This document shows, one piece after another, positions 51,515 through 64,000 of a stretch of 64,000 nucleotides of DNA (its first letter is position 1; every line of letters begins with the position of its first letter). The DNA comes from Octopus sinensis (taxonomy: Eukaryota): assembly GCF_006345805.1 (NCBI RefSeq), contig NC_043001.1, positions 121,644,001 to 121,708,000 on the forward strand, written 5' to 3'. Position numbers and translations under genes: made by a program. The notes under the pieces are model-generated. The model was given only the letters and a program-made list of their open reading frames with translations. It was not told where the DNA came from and made no database searches.

Positions 51515-52866
51515 CGATGGGTTTCTTTCAGTTTCTGTCTACCAAATCCACTTACAAGGCTTTGGTCAGCCCAAGGCTGTAGTAGAAGACACTTACCCAA
51601 GGTGCCACGCAGTGGGATTGAACCCAGAACCATGTGGTTGGGATGCAAGCTTCTTACCACACTGCCACTCCTGCACCTATAAAGCCACTCCTGTGTGTGT
51701 ATGTATCTTTGTGTTTGCATTTGTTCTCCTTCCCCTCTGCTTGACAAATGGTGCTGGTTTGTTTACATTCCTAGAAGTTAACAGTTTACCAAAAGAGACT
51801 AAGAGAATAAATACTAGACTTTAAAAAAAAAATAAGCGCTGGCATTGATTTGTTTGCCTAAAATCATTCAAGGCAGTGCCCCAGCATGGTCACAGTCCAA
51901 TGATTGAAACAAGTAAAAGATAAAAGATATATTTTCTATTTTTGTTAAACCTTCCCTCTGGTCTAACTTCTCTGAACAAGAACCTTTCAAGTTTTCTATG
52001 ACATAGGTTCTCACAAAGTTTAAATCCAGCAATGGATTAAAAAACAAACATTTAATCCCAGTTCCACCAATGGTTGCTATAACAACGATAATGAAGAGCA
52101 ACAAACATGGATTTATTCGTTAAAAGTTATACAGTTTGAAGCCAGGTAAACAGGAAATAGATTTAAAAGAGGATTTAACAGAGAATTTGAAAGGTTTAAA
52201 GTATCAGGAAAATAAAAGCTGCTATAAGGTTGATGGATGACAGGATCAGAGGAGCACAAAACAAAAGACAGGGTGAGACATGGAGTCTGGTAATTCTGAG
52301 TTCAAATTCCATTCAGGTCAACTATGATTTTGATTTTAATCTGTTCAAAGTCAATGAATTATGTACCAATAATTTATTGGAAGAGACTATATATATATAT
52401 TTATATATTTGTTGCCAGTGCCACCTCACTGGCTCCTGTGCCGGTGGCATGTAAAAAGCACCAAACAAGCGCGGTCAATGCCAGTACCGTCTGACTGGCC
52501 CCCATGCCGGTGGCCTGTAAAAGGCACCCACTAAACTCTCAGAGTGGCTCATGTAGAAACCTTGCCAGATCAGATTGGAGTTTGGTGCAGCCTCCTGGCT
52601 TACCAGTCCTCAGTTAAACCATCCAACCTGTGCCAGTATGGAAAGCAGATGTCAAACGATGATGATGATGATTATGATGATGCCATGATTGACTGCTAAA
52701 TCCACAAGTTTTCTTATTCTCTCTCTGATTATTTCCTCGTGTTCCTTTCTGTTGAAGAGTGTAAACTCGAAATATAAAAGACTTTCTCACTTTCCCGAGT
52801 GTCAAACTAATAGAACTGCTTGTTGTTTATACACCTGTCTTTGTCTTTTGTTTTTCTGTAAATTCC

Positions 52867-52903
<37 letters not shown>

Positions 52904-53387
52904 TGTGAATGTGTGTCTGTATGTGTGCATCACTAAAACTTGAGACCTACCCAACCAATTTCATTCAAATTTTACACATGCATTACTAAGGGTCCATAGA
53001 GTGTCATGGGCAAAAAAAATGTTCAACTTCTTGCCTAATGCGAGCCTAGAGCAATCTCTTAGACTGTTTCGGTATTATATGTCAAAAGTGAAACAATAAC
53101 ATCTCTATTGTAATATGATACAATATTGTTTCACTTTTACATAGTTTCATTTTTAATAGTTTCACTTTTATTTTTTTCACTTTTAATTCTAATATCATAA
53201 CACTAAGACCATCTTATTTTACACATTTACTGTTCAACTACCAGTTAATAATTATTGTAGCAGATACAATGTTGAAAGGTATTTACAGTTACATACTAAC
53301 CCTTAAATTAATATTTAATACATGTACTTAACCAATATACATAAAATTATTTTACTCTGTCTGTCTATAATCACAACAGCAACAAGG

Positions 53388-53420
<33 letters not shown>

Positions 53421-53433
53421 GTATATATATATA

Positions 53434-53492
<59 letters not shown>

Positions 53493-53554
53493 TATATGTA
53501 CATATAAATATGTATACATGTGTATATATATATATTATATATATATATACACAC

Positions 53555-53605
<51 letters not shown>

Positions 53606-54234
53606 ATATATATTATATGTACATATATATATGTATACATGTATATATATATTTATATACATGTATATATATATACATATACATATACTATAGCCTCAGG
53701 CTGACCAAAGCCTTGTGAGTGGATTTCAGACAAGGAAACTGAAAGCAGACTGTCATATATATATGTGTATATTTGTGTGTGTGTGTGTGCATGCGTGCGT
53801 GTGTGTGTGTGTATGTGTGTGTGTGTATGTGTGTGTGTGTATGTGTGTGTGTGTGTGTGTGTGTGTACCCCCACCATCACTTGATAATTGATGCTGCTAT
53901 GTTTACATCCCTGTAACTTAGTGGTTTGGCAAAAGACACTGATAGAATAAGTACTAGGCTTACAAAAATAAATCCTGTGGTCGATTTGTTCACCTAAAGG
54001 CGGTGCTGCAGCTTGGCCACAGTCAAATGACTGAAACAAGTTAAAGAATAAAAAGTAGTCTGAAAATATTAACATTCCTCAACAAAAGACAGATTCGTAA
54101 ATATAACTGTTTCCCAAAACATTCAAGATGGTTGCAGTCCAATGACTGAACCAAGTAAAAGATAAAAAAATAAAATTCATTGATAGACTTATCTGTTGAT
54201 GAAGATTTCAAGTTGGTAACAAGGAATGTGATAT

Positions 54235-54290
54235 CTTACCTGGAAAAAAATAAAATAAAAATAATATAAATAAACGAACAAATGTCAATA
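54235..54290 (-). promoter_or_regulatory. Candidate recursive splice site (ratchet point), acceptor fused to donor
   Basis: Minus strand reads TTGAC...tttatattatttttattttatttttttccag|GTAAGA, with an AG-free T-rich tract of about 45 nt, in the long intron upstream of exon 30469. Confidence 0.5.
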
Positions 54291-54774
54291 TAAGAGAAGC
54301 GGAATTAATTATTTCACAACAAACATGATTCTTAAATTGGTGTTTAAATTTGTTTGTTTACCTGTTTGACTTTTTTAGAATTATTTTTTCATACAAATTT
54401 TATATTTATTTTCTACAATTATTTTTTATTTTTCATGTATATATTTTCTATTTACTTTCTATATTTATTTATATTTTTCACTTATGTATTTATTTATTTT
54501 CTATAATAAATTTATAATATTTTTTCATATATATATATTTTATTTCATATATTCTTATGTATTTTCTATATTTTTATATATATACTTGTATTTATTTTCT
54601 ATAACTATTTTTTATTCTTTATACATATACTTATTTTTATTTATTTTCTAAATATTTATTTTTTATTTTACACATACACACACATATATGTTTTATATTC
54701 ATATTCTATATTTATTTATTATTTTAACATTAAATCTTCTCTGATTTTTAGTATTTGCTTAAATAAAAATTAAG

Positions 54775-55050
54775 AGAAGAAGAAAGAAGAAGAAGACGAA
54801 GAAGAAGAAGAAGAAGAAGAAGAAGAAGAAGAAGAAGAAGAAGAAGAAGAAGAAGAAGAAGAATTGGAAGAAGAAGAGGAGGAAGTGGAAGTGGAAGAAG
54901 AAGAAGAGGAGGAGGAGGATGAAGTGAAAGTGGAAGAAGAAAAGGATGAAGAAGAAGAAGAAGAATTGAAAGAAGAAGAATTGGAAGAAGAAGAGGAGGA
55001 GGAAGTGAAAGTGGAAGAAGAAAAAGACGAAGAAGAAGAAGAAGGTTTGA
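54775..55050. repeat. (GAA/GAG)n tract
   Basis: Direct reading. Confidence 0.95.
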
Positions 55051-55514
55051 AGGTTCTAGATTGGTAAATGAAGAAGAAAAAGAAGGAGAGAAAGAGAGAG
55101 AGAGAGAGGAGGAAGAGGAAATGTAAATATGATAAAGTATATTTTGACTTCATCAAGCAACAACAAACTCCATTCTCAGATAACACGTATCAAGTGGTGG
55201 AATCAATAAAGAAGGAGAGATGCAGCTTCACTGAAAAGCATTAAACATAGAATTCATTTTGGAAACGGTGAAATCTTTCCCTGAAATGTTTGGGAAAATA
55301 ACACGTTCCTCTGTTAATTAAAATTCCTCATTTCCAACAAAATTTTTGAGAATCGAAAATAAATAAATAAATAATGGCAGAAATAAAAATTTAAAAAAAA
55401 AAAAACAACTTCAACTTTCATAAATAGAAGATTAAAAAGAAAGAAAGAAAGAAAGAAAGAAACTGAATCTGATTTTAGTTCAGTGGAAGATAATTGAAAA
55501 TTTAGAATTTAAAG

Positions 55515-55780
55515 ATGATGATGATGATGATGACGACGCCGACGACGATGATGATGAGGATGATGATGACGATGATGATAAGGATGATGATGATGATTAT
55601 GATGACGAAGATGATGATAATGATGATGATGAGGATGATGATGATGATTATGATGATAATGATGATGATGATGATGATTATGACGAAGATGATGATGATG
55701 AGGAGGATGAGGATGATGATGATGATGATTATGATAATGATGATAATGATGACAATGATGAATGATGATGATGATGAATG
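55515..55780. repeat. (GAT)n tract
   Basis: Direct reading. Confidence 0.95.
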
Positions 55781-56248
55781 TGAGAGAAGTGTACTAATAA
55801 ATAAATACTAATAAATAAATTTTTTTTTTAAATAGAAAAAAGTGCGGAAAATGTAAAAGGGAAAAAATGGAAGAAAAGAAAATCAATAATAATTATAATG
55901 CTCCTACTACTACCACCACGACCACGACGACCACCACCACCACCACTTTCACTACCACCACTGATGATGACGATGATGATGAATTTTGTAAAAATAAGTT
56001 GCAAGAATCTTAATCTTGGTAAGAGCAACCTTCAAAACAAAATGCCATCACAGATGGTTTCTGAAATGACTCTGGCAATGTTTATTCAACAAGTTCTAAT
56101 AGCAGAAATTATAAATATCAACACCGGCAGTAAGGAACAACAACAACAACAACAAAATGCAGTAGCAGCCGACAATTAAATATATTTAGCTTGGATTGTG
56201 AAATGAAATAGTATGTCTGAGACAGATATATAGGTGTGTGTGTGTGTG

Positions 56249-56306
<58 letters not shown>

Positions 56307-56658
56307 AAGAGAAGTTAGGTAGTTGGTAGGGTGAGGGTATGGCAGATGTATTTAAAAGTAAGGTAGATTCTGCTTGGGGAATAAGGCATTTAGAAAACAG
56401 CTCCACAGTCTGTCTGTACGTAAGTATGTGTGTATGTATGTATGTATGTATGTATGTATGTATGTAGGTAGGTGGGTAAGTATGTATGTGTGTGAAAAGA
56501 GATAGAAAGGGAAAAAGAGAAAAACTGTTCTGTGTGTGTGTGTGTGTGTGTACATATATGTGTATATATGTATATATATGTGTGTGTGTGTATATACATA
56601 TATATGTGCACATATAAGTATATATATGTATTTATATATATGCATACACATAGATACA

Positions 56659-56689
<31 letters not shown>

Positions 56690-57359
56690 GATAAAAGGCA
56701 TATTATATGTATGAGTATACATATATATATATATTTGAAGAACTGTTACCCATTGTATTTGTATATATATATATATATATACATACATTTACATACACAC
56801 ATAAGCATATATATATATATAATGGATAACAGTACTATAAAAGCATATAATATATATATATATATATAATATATATATATATGTTATAAAACATTTGTTT
56901 CTTTTAATAGTTATTCATATTTTCAACTTTAAAAAAAATATATTTCCTTTGTGTATATGTATATGTGTGTGTGAGTGTGTATGTGTATGCATGTGTGTAC
57001 ATGCATCCATGTTAGGACCTTTGTTAGTACAATTTTTTTGCTTTGTTTTGCATAAAAAGAAGTTTAAAAGGAGGAGGAGGAGGAGACGGTGGCGAAAAAG
57101 GAAGGGAATATTTTATAAGCAGCAAGAGAGAATTAATTGAATAAGATTATCTGAAGGAAAAGAAAAAAAAAGAAAAGAAAAAGGATAAAAAGTGGTGGAT
57201 GGGGGGTAGAGGAAGAGGATCAATCTGAAAGTGAAAGTAAAATAAACGATATAAATAGCAATTGGGATGGAGAAGAGAAATTCGAAATAGAAAACAAAAT
57301 TACATAGAAAACTAATCTAAAGAAGACATATTATAAAGACTTAGCTAGAGCATGCGAAT

Positions 57360-57375
57360 GATAATAATAATAATA

Positions 57376-57433
<58 letters not shown>

Positions 57434-57443
57434 AATGATAATA

Positions 57444-57474
<31 letters not shown>

Positions 57475-57479
57475 TGATA

Positions 57480-57514
<35 letters not shown>

Positions 57515-57539
57515 AATAATAATAATGATAATAATGATA

Positions 57540-57623
<84 letters not shown>

Positions 57624-57688
57624 CAATGATAATGATAATAATGATAATAATAAAAATGATAATAATAATAAGAAGAATAGCAATAATA

Positions 57689-57755
<67 letters not shown>

Positions 57756-57810
57756 GAAGAAGAAGAAGAAGAAGAGAAGAAGAAGAACAACAACAACAAC
57801 AACAATAAAA
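57360..57810. repeat. (TAA/TGA)n tract grading into (GAA)n and (CAA)n
   Basis: Direct reading. Confidence 0.95.
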
Positions 57811-58273
57811 AGAAGAAGAAGGTCTTAGATTGGTATGTGTTGTACAGGGAGAAAAGATCTATTAAGTAAGCTGAGATTGCCATCTGCATTCTGCAGTCTT
57901 TGATTATTTCCAAAATAATCTCAAGTGTATTATCCCACAGATATCTTGTGTCAATAGAAAAGACTGTATTAGTTTCTCATATAAAGTTCGCCAATGAGGA
58001 AGTGGAAACTTGTTACGGGGTGAATGGAGTGCAAGGGAAAATCTTCAGAGGAAGAACTCCTGCGAGGCAAGTGTTTTGATTGATTAGTTCCTGACTCTTT
58101 TAAGGACCTGGTTCCACCTAGGTGATGACTCTTAGGGGTCCTCCTGCTGCTTTAGAAGTGCCCCATTTACTGGGGTTTGAACGCAGAACTTGCAGGGGAT
58201 TTTATTATCTAGAGCTGTGATACATTATTTACATTATTTACATTTGACAGATATTTGTCCTCATCCTGTTGTT

Positions 58274-58319
58274 AACACAACGTTTCGGCTGATATAACCT
58301 CCAGCCTTCATCAGGTGTC
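58274..58319 (-). ncRNA. Minimal type I hammerhead ribozyme-like motif (Penelope type), best-preserved copy
   Basis: GACAC-CUGAUGA-A-GGCUG(GAGGUUAUAU)CAGCC-GAAAC-GUU-GUGUU. Stem I is GACAC/GUGUU, stem II is GGCUG/CAGCC, and palindromic ACGU replaces stem III. There is one extra A after A9. Confidence 0.6.
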
Positions 58320-58367
58320 TTAGGGAAATTTTCGAACCTAGGTCCTCATTCCTAAGGTATTTTTCAA

Positions 58368-58400
<33 letters not shown>

Positions 58401-58422
58401 CATAATTATTATTATTATTATT

Positions 58423-58820
58423 GCCTTTGCACAGCTTCTAACGCTGGAGATGTACTACAGTGTCAGCTGTTCACTACCAGTGAACTAAGGTAAAACCTCT
58501 TATTTTTCGAGCACCTTCCAGAATATTTGAGCGGTTCCAAGCAGTGCTGTTTTCTACAAGTGCTCCACCCTTATTGCAGCCCCTATTTGTTCCATGTAGT
58601 TCTCAAGATTTTTGTTCACTGTTCCTAGGGTTCCAACAATTATTGGTACTACTGCTACCTTTTCCAATGACCACAACTGCTTAACTTCCCAAGCTAACCT
58701 GTCATATCTCTCGACTTTTCTTTCTTCCTTATCGCATACCTTGTTGTCAGCTGGGCATGCTATATCTATGATCCAGCATAGTTTGTTTTCTTTCTCAATT
58801 AAGACTATGTCCAGCTTCCT
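58423..58820 (-). mobile_element. 5'-truncated R4/Dong-like non-LTR retrotransposon: C-terminal restriction-like endonuclease domain plus 3' UTR, inserted in (TAA)n
   Basis: 58820-58500 translates to RKLDIVLIEKENKLCWIIDIACPADNKVCDKEERKVERYDRLAWEVKQLWSLEKVAVVPIIVGTLGTVNKNLENYMEQIGAAIRVEHL*KTALLGTAQIFWKVLEK*. This has the PDIV..D..K..KY..L..VVP.IVG.LG pattern of RLE domains and one in-frame stop. TAA repeats lie on both sides. Confidence 0.85.
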
Positions 58821-59006
58821 ATTCTTTTTATTATTATTATTTAGGTCACTGCCTGGGATTGAACTCGGAATCTTGGGGTTAGTAGCCCGCGCTCTTAACC
58901 ACTACGCCATATGCCCGTGGTGTTTATTATTCAACCGCAAAGACCATTAAAAGAACTCACAATGTGGGTCTATTTCAAAATGGATTTCTCTCCTATTACC
59001 CTTTGT

Positions 59007-59200
59007 TTAATGGCTTGCAGTATTCTTCTTGGCTGTCTCCAACAGGGGTTTCATCATTGATGTTCTCTGGCAACTTTTGATCTGACCCATGGAGGCTGTG
59101 ATAAATCCTTGTGCACCAACTTCTACTGCACTGCATAGTGCCATGGTACCCCTGGTTTGCTAAATCTTTCGCAATTTCCTCATCTCAAAACTTGTATAGA
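59007..59200 (-). mobile_element. Decayed second RLE-type non-LTR element fragment (HERO/NeSL-like VEVGxxGF motif)
   Basis: Frameshifted ...EEIAKDLANQGY / ALCSAVEVGAQGFITASMGQ... with VEVGAQGF at 59103-59126. Clade assignment is from memory of the motif. Confidence 0.55.
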
Positions 59201-60419
59201 TTGAGAAAAATTTGAACATCTTTGAAAAATTTTAATCCAATTCATTTGTTCTTATCACAAAATTATAGCAAATTACCATAATAACTATAATTATCATAAT
59301 TAGACAGGATAGAGATTAAAATATTAACTGGTAGGATCCCTTATCAGAACTAGTTGCGTAGAGTAAATAGTACACTACACGACCAGTGAAAGTAATTAAA
59401 TTTTAAAACTGGTTAATAGTATCATATGATCAGTTTTAAATTCTTAACATGCATATTACACCATGTGTATGGTGTAGAATGCACTTAAAAACGAAAAAAC
59501 AGTTTTTATCTTCTACTTTCAACTAGCCATAAATTTGAGACCTTGCGTCTAAATGAAAAATTATGAGACTGATATGTTGTTTGTATTTCTTAATATACAT
59601 ACATACATGTGTGTGTGTGTTTGTATGTATATATATTTATATATATATATTAATCAAAATATACAGTATCATAGATCCATTACGGCTGATCTTAACAAAT
59701 GGTCTCATTTTATATTAGATAAATGGAAAGTTATATCACACACATACTCTTTAGGGATGGCAGGTATGGAAAATATATACCTGCAATCCCTGAAGTACAT
59801 GTGTATTAGATAACAGCCTAATTACCTAATGTCAGTTTTGAAAATGACTCTTCAAGCAAACGGGGAACCATTACTCTCATAACCTACTGCCTCTTCAACT
59901 CTCTCTCTCTTTCTTCCTCTTCATTCCACACCTTACTCTCTTCTAACACTTCTTTCCCACCATCTATACCCTGCCTTTTTCTTCTTCTTCTTCTTCTCCC
60001 CACTTCTTTTCTCCCATTCTATAAGCAAGAAAGAAAAGTTAATAAAAAAAATGGAACAAAGAAAGAAAAGATTCCCTCCCCACCCCGCCCGTTCCCCTGC
60101 CGTCTTCTCAAATTCTAATTTCTTCCTCTCTGACATCCTCTCCATTTCATAAATACTTTGCATCTGGATCTTTGCTTTAGATTTTGGGCATGTTTGTTTG
60201 TACTGTTTGTTGTATTGTTTATTATTTTGAATAAAATTTAAGAAATTCTCCCCCCCCCCACCACACCACCACACACACACACAGACATCTCATTCTTTAG
60301 TAAATATAACACATCCCACCTCCATGTCTGCTTCTCGTACCCCCCCCACATCATTTCGTTACTACTACCAGCATCATAACTACCACTACTGCAGTACAGA
60401 TCTACTGGAATTATTCTTA

Positions 60420-60870
60420 GTTATATTGACATCATCATCCTTATCCTCATCCTCATCCTCATCATCATTATCATCACAACCACCACCACCACCACCACCA
60501 CCATTATCATCCTCATCATCACCATCATTGTCCTTATCACCACCACAACCACCATTATCATCCTCATCATCTTCATTATCATCATCATCACCATCATTGT
60601 CCTTATCACCACCACCACCACCACAACCATTATCATCCTCATCTTCGTCACCATCATCATCACCATCATTGTCCTTATCACAACCACCATCACCACCATT
60701 ATCATCCTCATTGTCCTCATCATCTTCATCATCATCATAATCACCATGATAACAACCACCACCACCACCCCACCACCCACCTCATCACCCCCATTCACCA
60801 CCACCATCATCCTTATCCTCCTCTTCATCCTCACCACTACCACCACCACCACCACCACCACCACCACAAT
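60420..60870. repeat. (CAT/CAC)n low-complexity tract
   Basis: Direct reading. Confidence 0.9.
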
Positions 60871-60935
60871 TGTCATCATAAAGCTCAACCCATGCCACAA
60901 CGTCAGCCCCCCCCCCCCCCCCCGTGGCTGGGTAT

Positions 60936-61355
60936 TACTCTCTTTTACTCTTTTACTTGTTTCAGTCATTTGACTGCGGCCATGCTGGAGCACCGCCTTT
61001 AATCGGCAGCAACCGACCCCGGAACTTATCTTTTCTAAGCCCAGTACTTATTCTATCGGTCTCTTTTCCGAACCGCTAAGTGACGGGGACCATAAACACA
61101 CAGCATCGGTTGTCAAGCATGCTATGGGGACAAACACAGACGCACAAACACAGACGCACAAACACACACAGCATACATACAATATATACATATACGACGG
61201 GCTTCTTCAGTTTCCGTCTACCAAATCCACTCAAGGCTTTGGTCGGCCCGAGGCTATAGTAGAAGACACTTGCCCAAGGTGCCACGCAGTGGGACTGAAC
61301 CCGGAACCATGTGGTTGGTAGACGGGCTACTTACCACACAGCCACTCCTGCGCCT
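60936..61355 (-). mobile_element. SINE family A, full-length
   Basis: Reverse complement of the family A consensus. Confidence 0.85.
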
Positions 61356-62073
61356 ATATTGCCACAAAGTAGCAGAGATTTTGAATGGTTTTCCTTCTTT
61401 TTGATGAGGGTGGTGGTGGTGGGGGGGGTGTTGGTTACCCCTACACCAGGCTAATGGGTTCCATATGTCTGACTGACTTGCTAATTAACTCATAGCCAAG
61501 ACCCTGACAGATGCTACAACACCGGGTCAGAACAGACCTTGGAACGAGAGTGGTTACGAGGTGGGTCCCACACTCCTCATATACTACCGCCTATACTACA
61601 AAAATCTCTGCATACATTCAACCTCACTACCACTCTCAAAAACACAACCATAACCATTGAAGCCAAAGAAACCTCCACACAGTTACTTCACCAACTAGAA
61701 ACAGCAACCAATTCTCCCTCAAATCACACTTTACTGTTTTAAAATTGAGAAGGATGCATTTCATAACGTAGCTGTAGTTTAGGTATATCTGTAAAATACA
61801 AGATGGGATGTTCATGGTTGGAATGTCTAATAGTAGTAGTAGTAGTAGTAAAGGGTAAAGGGTAAAAATCCCCTTTGGTCATGAATGCTGGTCACCCATG
61901 CATACTGGCCTCCCCTCTCCATGCCACCAGTGTTATCCAAGGGAAAGGCAAAGGCTGATACAGCTTGGCACCTGTGACATCGCAACTCATTTCTACAGTT
62001 GAGGGAACTGGAACAACATGAAATAAAGTGTCCTGCATGAGATCATAACACACAGCCTAGCCTAGGAATATAT

Positions 62074-62138
<65 letters not shown>

Positions 62139-62139
<1 letters not shown>

Positions 62140-62653
62140 CTATATATATAAAACTGTAGTTGTATGAGTGTCTGTCCCCTTCGATTTAGATTCCTAACTA
62201 CTCCCACATTTTGCGGTGCAGTTTAACCAAATTCGGGTATCTTATAGTCGTGATTCATATCTAGCCCTGCTGAGTATTAGCGCGCGTCTATGATGAGTCT
62301 ACGAGTTTAAAAATAATTTAACATCATTTTTTATTCCATTTTAATGCATAATTTTTCGTGTGTCGATGGCGGCGGAGTTGGTGTCCACGCTCAAACACCT
62401 GCACCTGTTTGCTTCTCCCCCTTCTTCCCTCCCTCATGAAGCTGTGGGGAAGGGAATGTAAGGAAATCAACATCGTAAAGCGTTGTCAAGGAGACCAGCG
62501 TTCTTTTAGAACAACGACTTCATGGCTTGAAGACACCAAAACAGAAATGGCTAAGAAAGCCCGAATTGGCATCTATAAGGGAAGTAACTCTCTAAAAATG
62601 CTTATATAGTTATTTCCCTTACAAACCCGAGCAACGCCGGGCGATACTGCTAG
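62139..62653 (+). mobile_element. Non-autonomous Helitron-like element, 515 bp
   Basis: A|TCTATATATATAAAA start, subterminal hairpin CCCG-n8-CGGG at 62626-62641, CTAG|T end, no TSD. Confidence 0.7.
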
Positions 62654-63439
62654 TATATATATATATAATATATATATATATACATATATACGATGGGCTT
62701 CTTTCAGTTTCTGTCTACCAAATCCACTCACAAAGCTTTGGTCAGCCCAAGGCTATAGTAGAAGACATTTGCCCAAGGTGCCATACAGTAGGACTGAACC
62801 CGGAACCATGTGGTTGGTAAGCAAGCTACTTACCACACAGCCACTCCTATGCCTAACGTTTCTGCCAGCTTGCCGCCTTACTACAACAACTGTGTAGGGA
62901 TCCATCTACAGTGGATCCAGTTAGCATTCCAGAGTAGGGACAAACTGATTGTAGAATATGACAGTAACAAGGCTTACGATGGTGGCGGTGATGGCGATGG
63001 TGGTTGTGGGGATAATAATGGCTGTAGTGATGATGATGATGGTGGTGGTGGAGATGATATTTATTGAGGTAGTGGTTGTGCTGATGTTGGTGGTGGTGGT
63101 GGGGGGTGTTGGTGATAGTGATGGTGATGATGGTAGTAATGGTGGTGGTGGTAGTGGTGTGTGGACAGGAAGTGGAGTAGGGAAGTGGAGGGGGCTATCA
63201 CCCTGTTTCAAAGCTTTATGGTACATCATAGGGAAGAGGAGAAATTGGTGGTGGCGGTGGGAGGAGAGAGTGGTGGGTTGTGGCGGGGATGGGGTGGGGG
63301 CAGTTGGTTTTTGAGTCAACAAGATGTTTCCGGAAGTGGGTTAAGGGGAGTGGAGAGGAGAGGCAGGGGAGGGGAGAGATCAAGGGGGCAGACATGGCAG
63401 AGACAATTTAAACTTAGTTGCTTTCACCTTCTCTCTCCC

Positions 63440-63890
63440 CCACTTAGAAGAGAGAGAAAGAGAGAGAGGGAATGTAAGAAAGAGAGACAAAGCAATAGAG
63501 ACAAAAACAGAGAGTAAGAGAGAGAGAGAGAGAGGGAGAGAGTAAGAGAAAGGAGAGAGAGACAAAGCAATAGAGACAAAAACAGAGAGTAAGAGAGAGA
63601 GAGAGAGGGAGAGAGTAAGAGAAAGGAGAGAGAGACAAAGCAATAGAGACAAAACAGAGAGAGAGAGGGGGGGAGAAAGAGAAAGAGAGAAAGAGGAGAG
63701 AGAGACAAAGCAATAGAGACAAAAACAGTGAGAGAGAGAGAGTAAGCGAGAAAGTAAAGGGAGAAGGAGAGAGAGAGATAAACAAAGCAACAAAAACAAA
63801 GAGAGAGAGAAAAAGACAATGAAGAAAAGAGAAAAAGAGAGAAACAAAGAGAGAGACAAAGACAAAATTACAAAAACAGAGAGAGAGAGA
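63440..63890. repeat. GA-rich tract with a 70-75-bp higher-order unit
   Basis: GACAAAGCAATAGAGAC at 63486, 63561, 63634 and 63704. Confidence 0.9.
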
Positions 63891-64000
63891 GAGAGTGAGA
63901 TTGAGATTGAGGGAGAAAGAAGGAAGAACTGGCTATAGAAGAATATGCCAAGTAGGAGTAGTAATGAAAGTGGGGGACGGGGGGGGTTAGGGATGATGGT

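Larger units (their letters stand above)
58215..58920 (-). mobile_element. Same hammerhead SINE family, single copy whose internal (TAA)n is interrupted by the R4/Dong-like fragment
   Basis: tRNA-like head CACGGGCATATGGCGTAGTGGTTAAGAGCGCGGGCTACTAACCCCAAGATTCCGAGTTCAATCCC at about 58850-58920; tail at 58215-58370. Confidence 0.85.

Noticed and set aside
51950-52260. Complex, coding-looking stretch; minus ORF MLLFIIVVIATIGGTGIKCLFF initially suggested the missing TM1 exon
   Set aside because: No FN..FW motif, no donor in the right phase, and the plus frame has several stops. At most an unidentifiable TE relic.
53322-57913. Poly-YI, poly-E/S, poly-M/D and poly-I/Y ORFs
   Set aside because: (TA)n, (GAA)n, (GAT)n and (TAA)n repeats, not genes.

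Overview
AT-rich, microsatellite- and SINE-dense eukaryotic DNA. The repeat content suggests a coleoid cephalopod, probably Octopus (inference, no database search). One protein-coding gene is clearly supported: a minus-strand CD9/CD81-like tetraspanin. Six coding exons (30275-30469, 27493-27567, 15196-15291, 13814-13903, 11576-11659, 9697-9753; all GT-AG, all phase 0) splice to 198 aa ending in CCSLREVA*. The exon with the start codon was not found and probably lies beyond 64000. A probable non-coding last exon starts at 7124. The rest is intron or intergenic sequence filled with tRNA-derived SINEs, (ATC)n-tailed retroposons, TTAA (piggyBac-like) and hAT-like MITEs, Helitron-like elements, two restriction-like-endonuclease LINE relics and simple repeats. 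Almost all ORFs in the supplied track are microsatellite or SINE artefacts. The most interesting signals are: (1) a tRNA-headed SINE with a Penelope-type minimal hammerhead ribozyme motif, inserted three times as an inverted dimer bounded by 12-15 bp target-site duplications; (2) a consensus AG|GTAAG recursive-splice-like site in the >33 kb upstream intron; (3) an R4/Dong-like LINE end and a possible non-autonomous partner, both embedded in (TAA)n; (4) several long fold-backs in the pre-mRNA. No rRNA, true tRNA gene or CRISPR array is supported.
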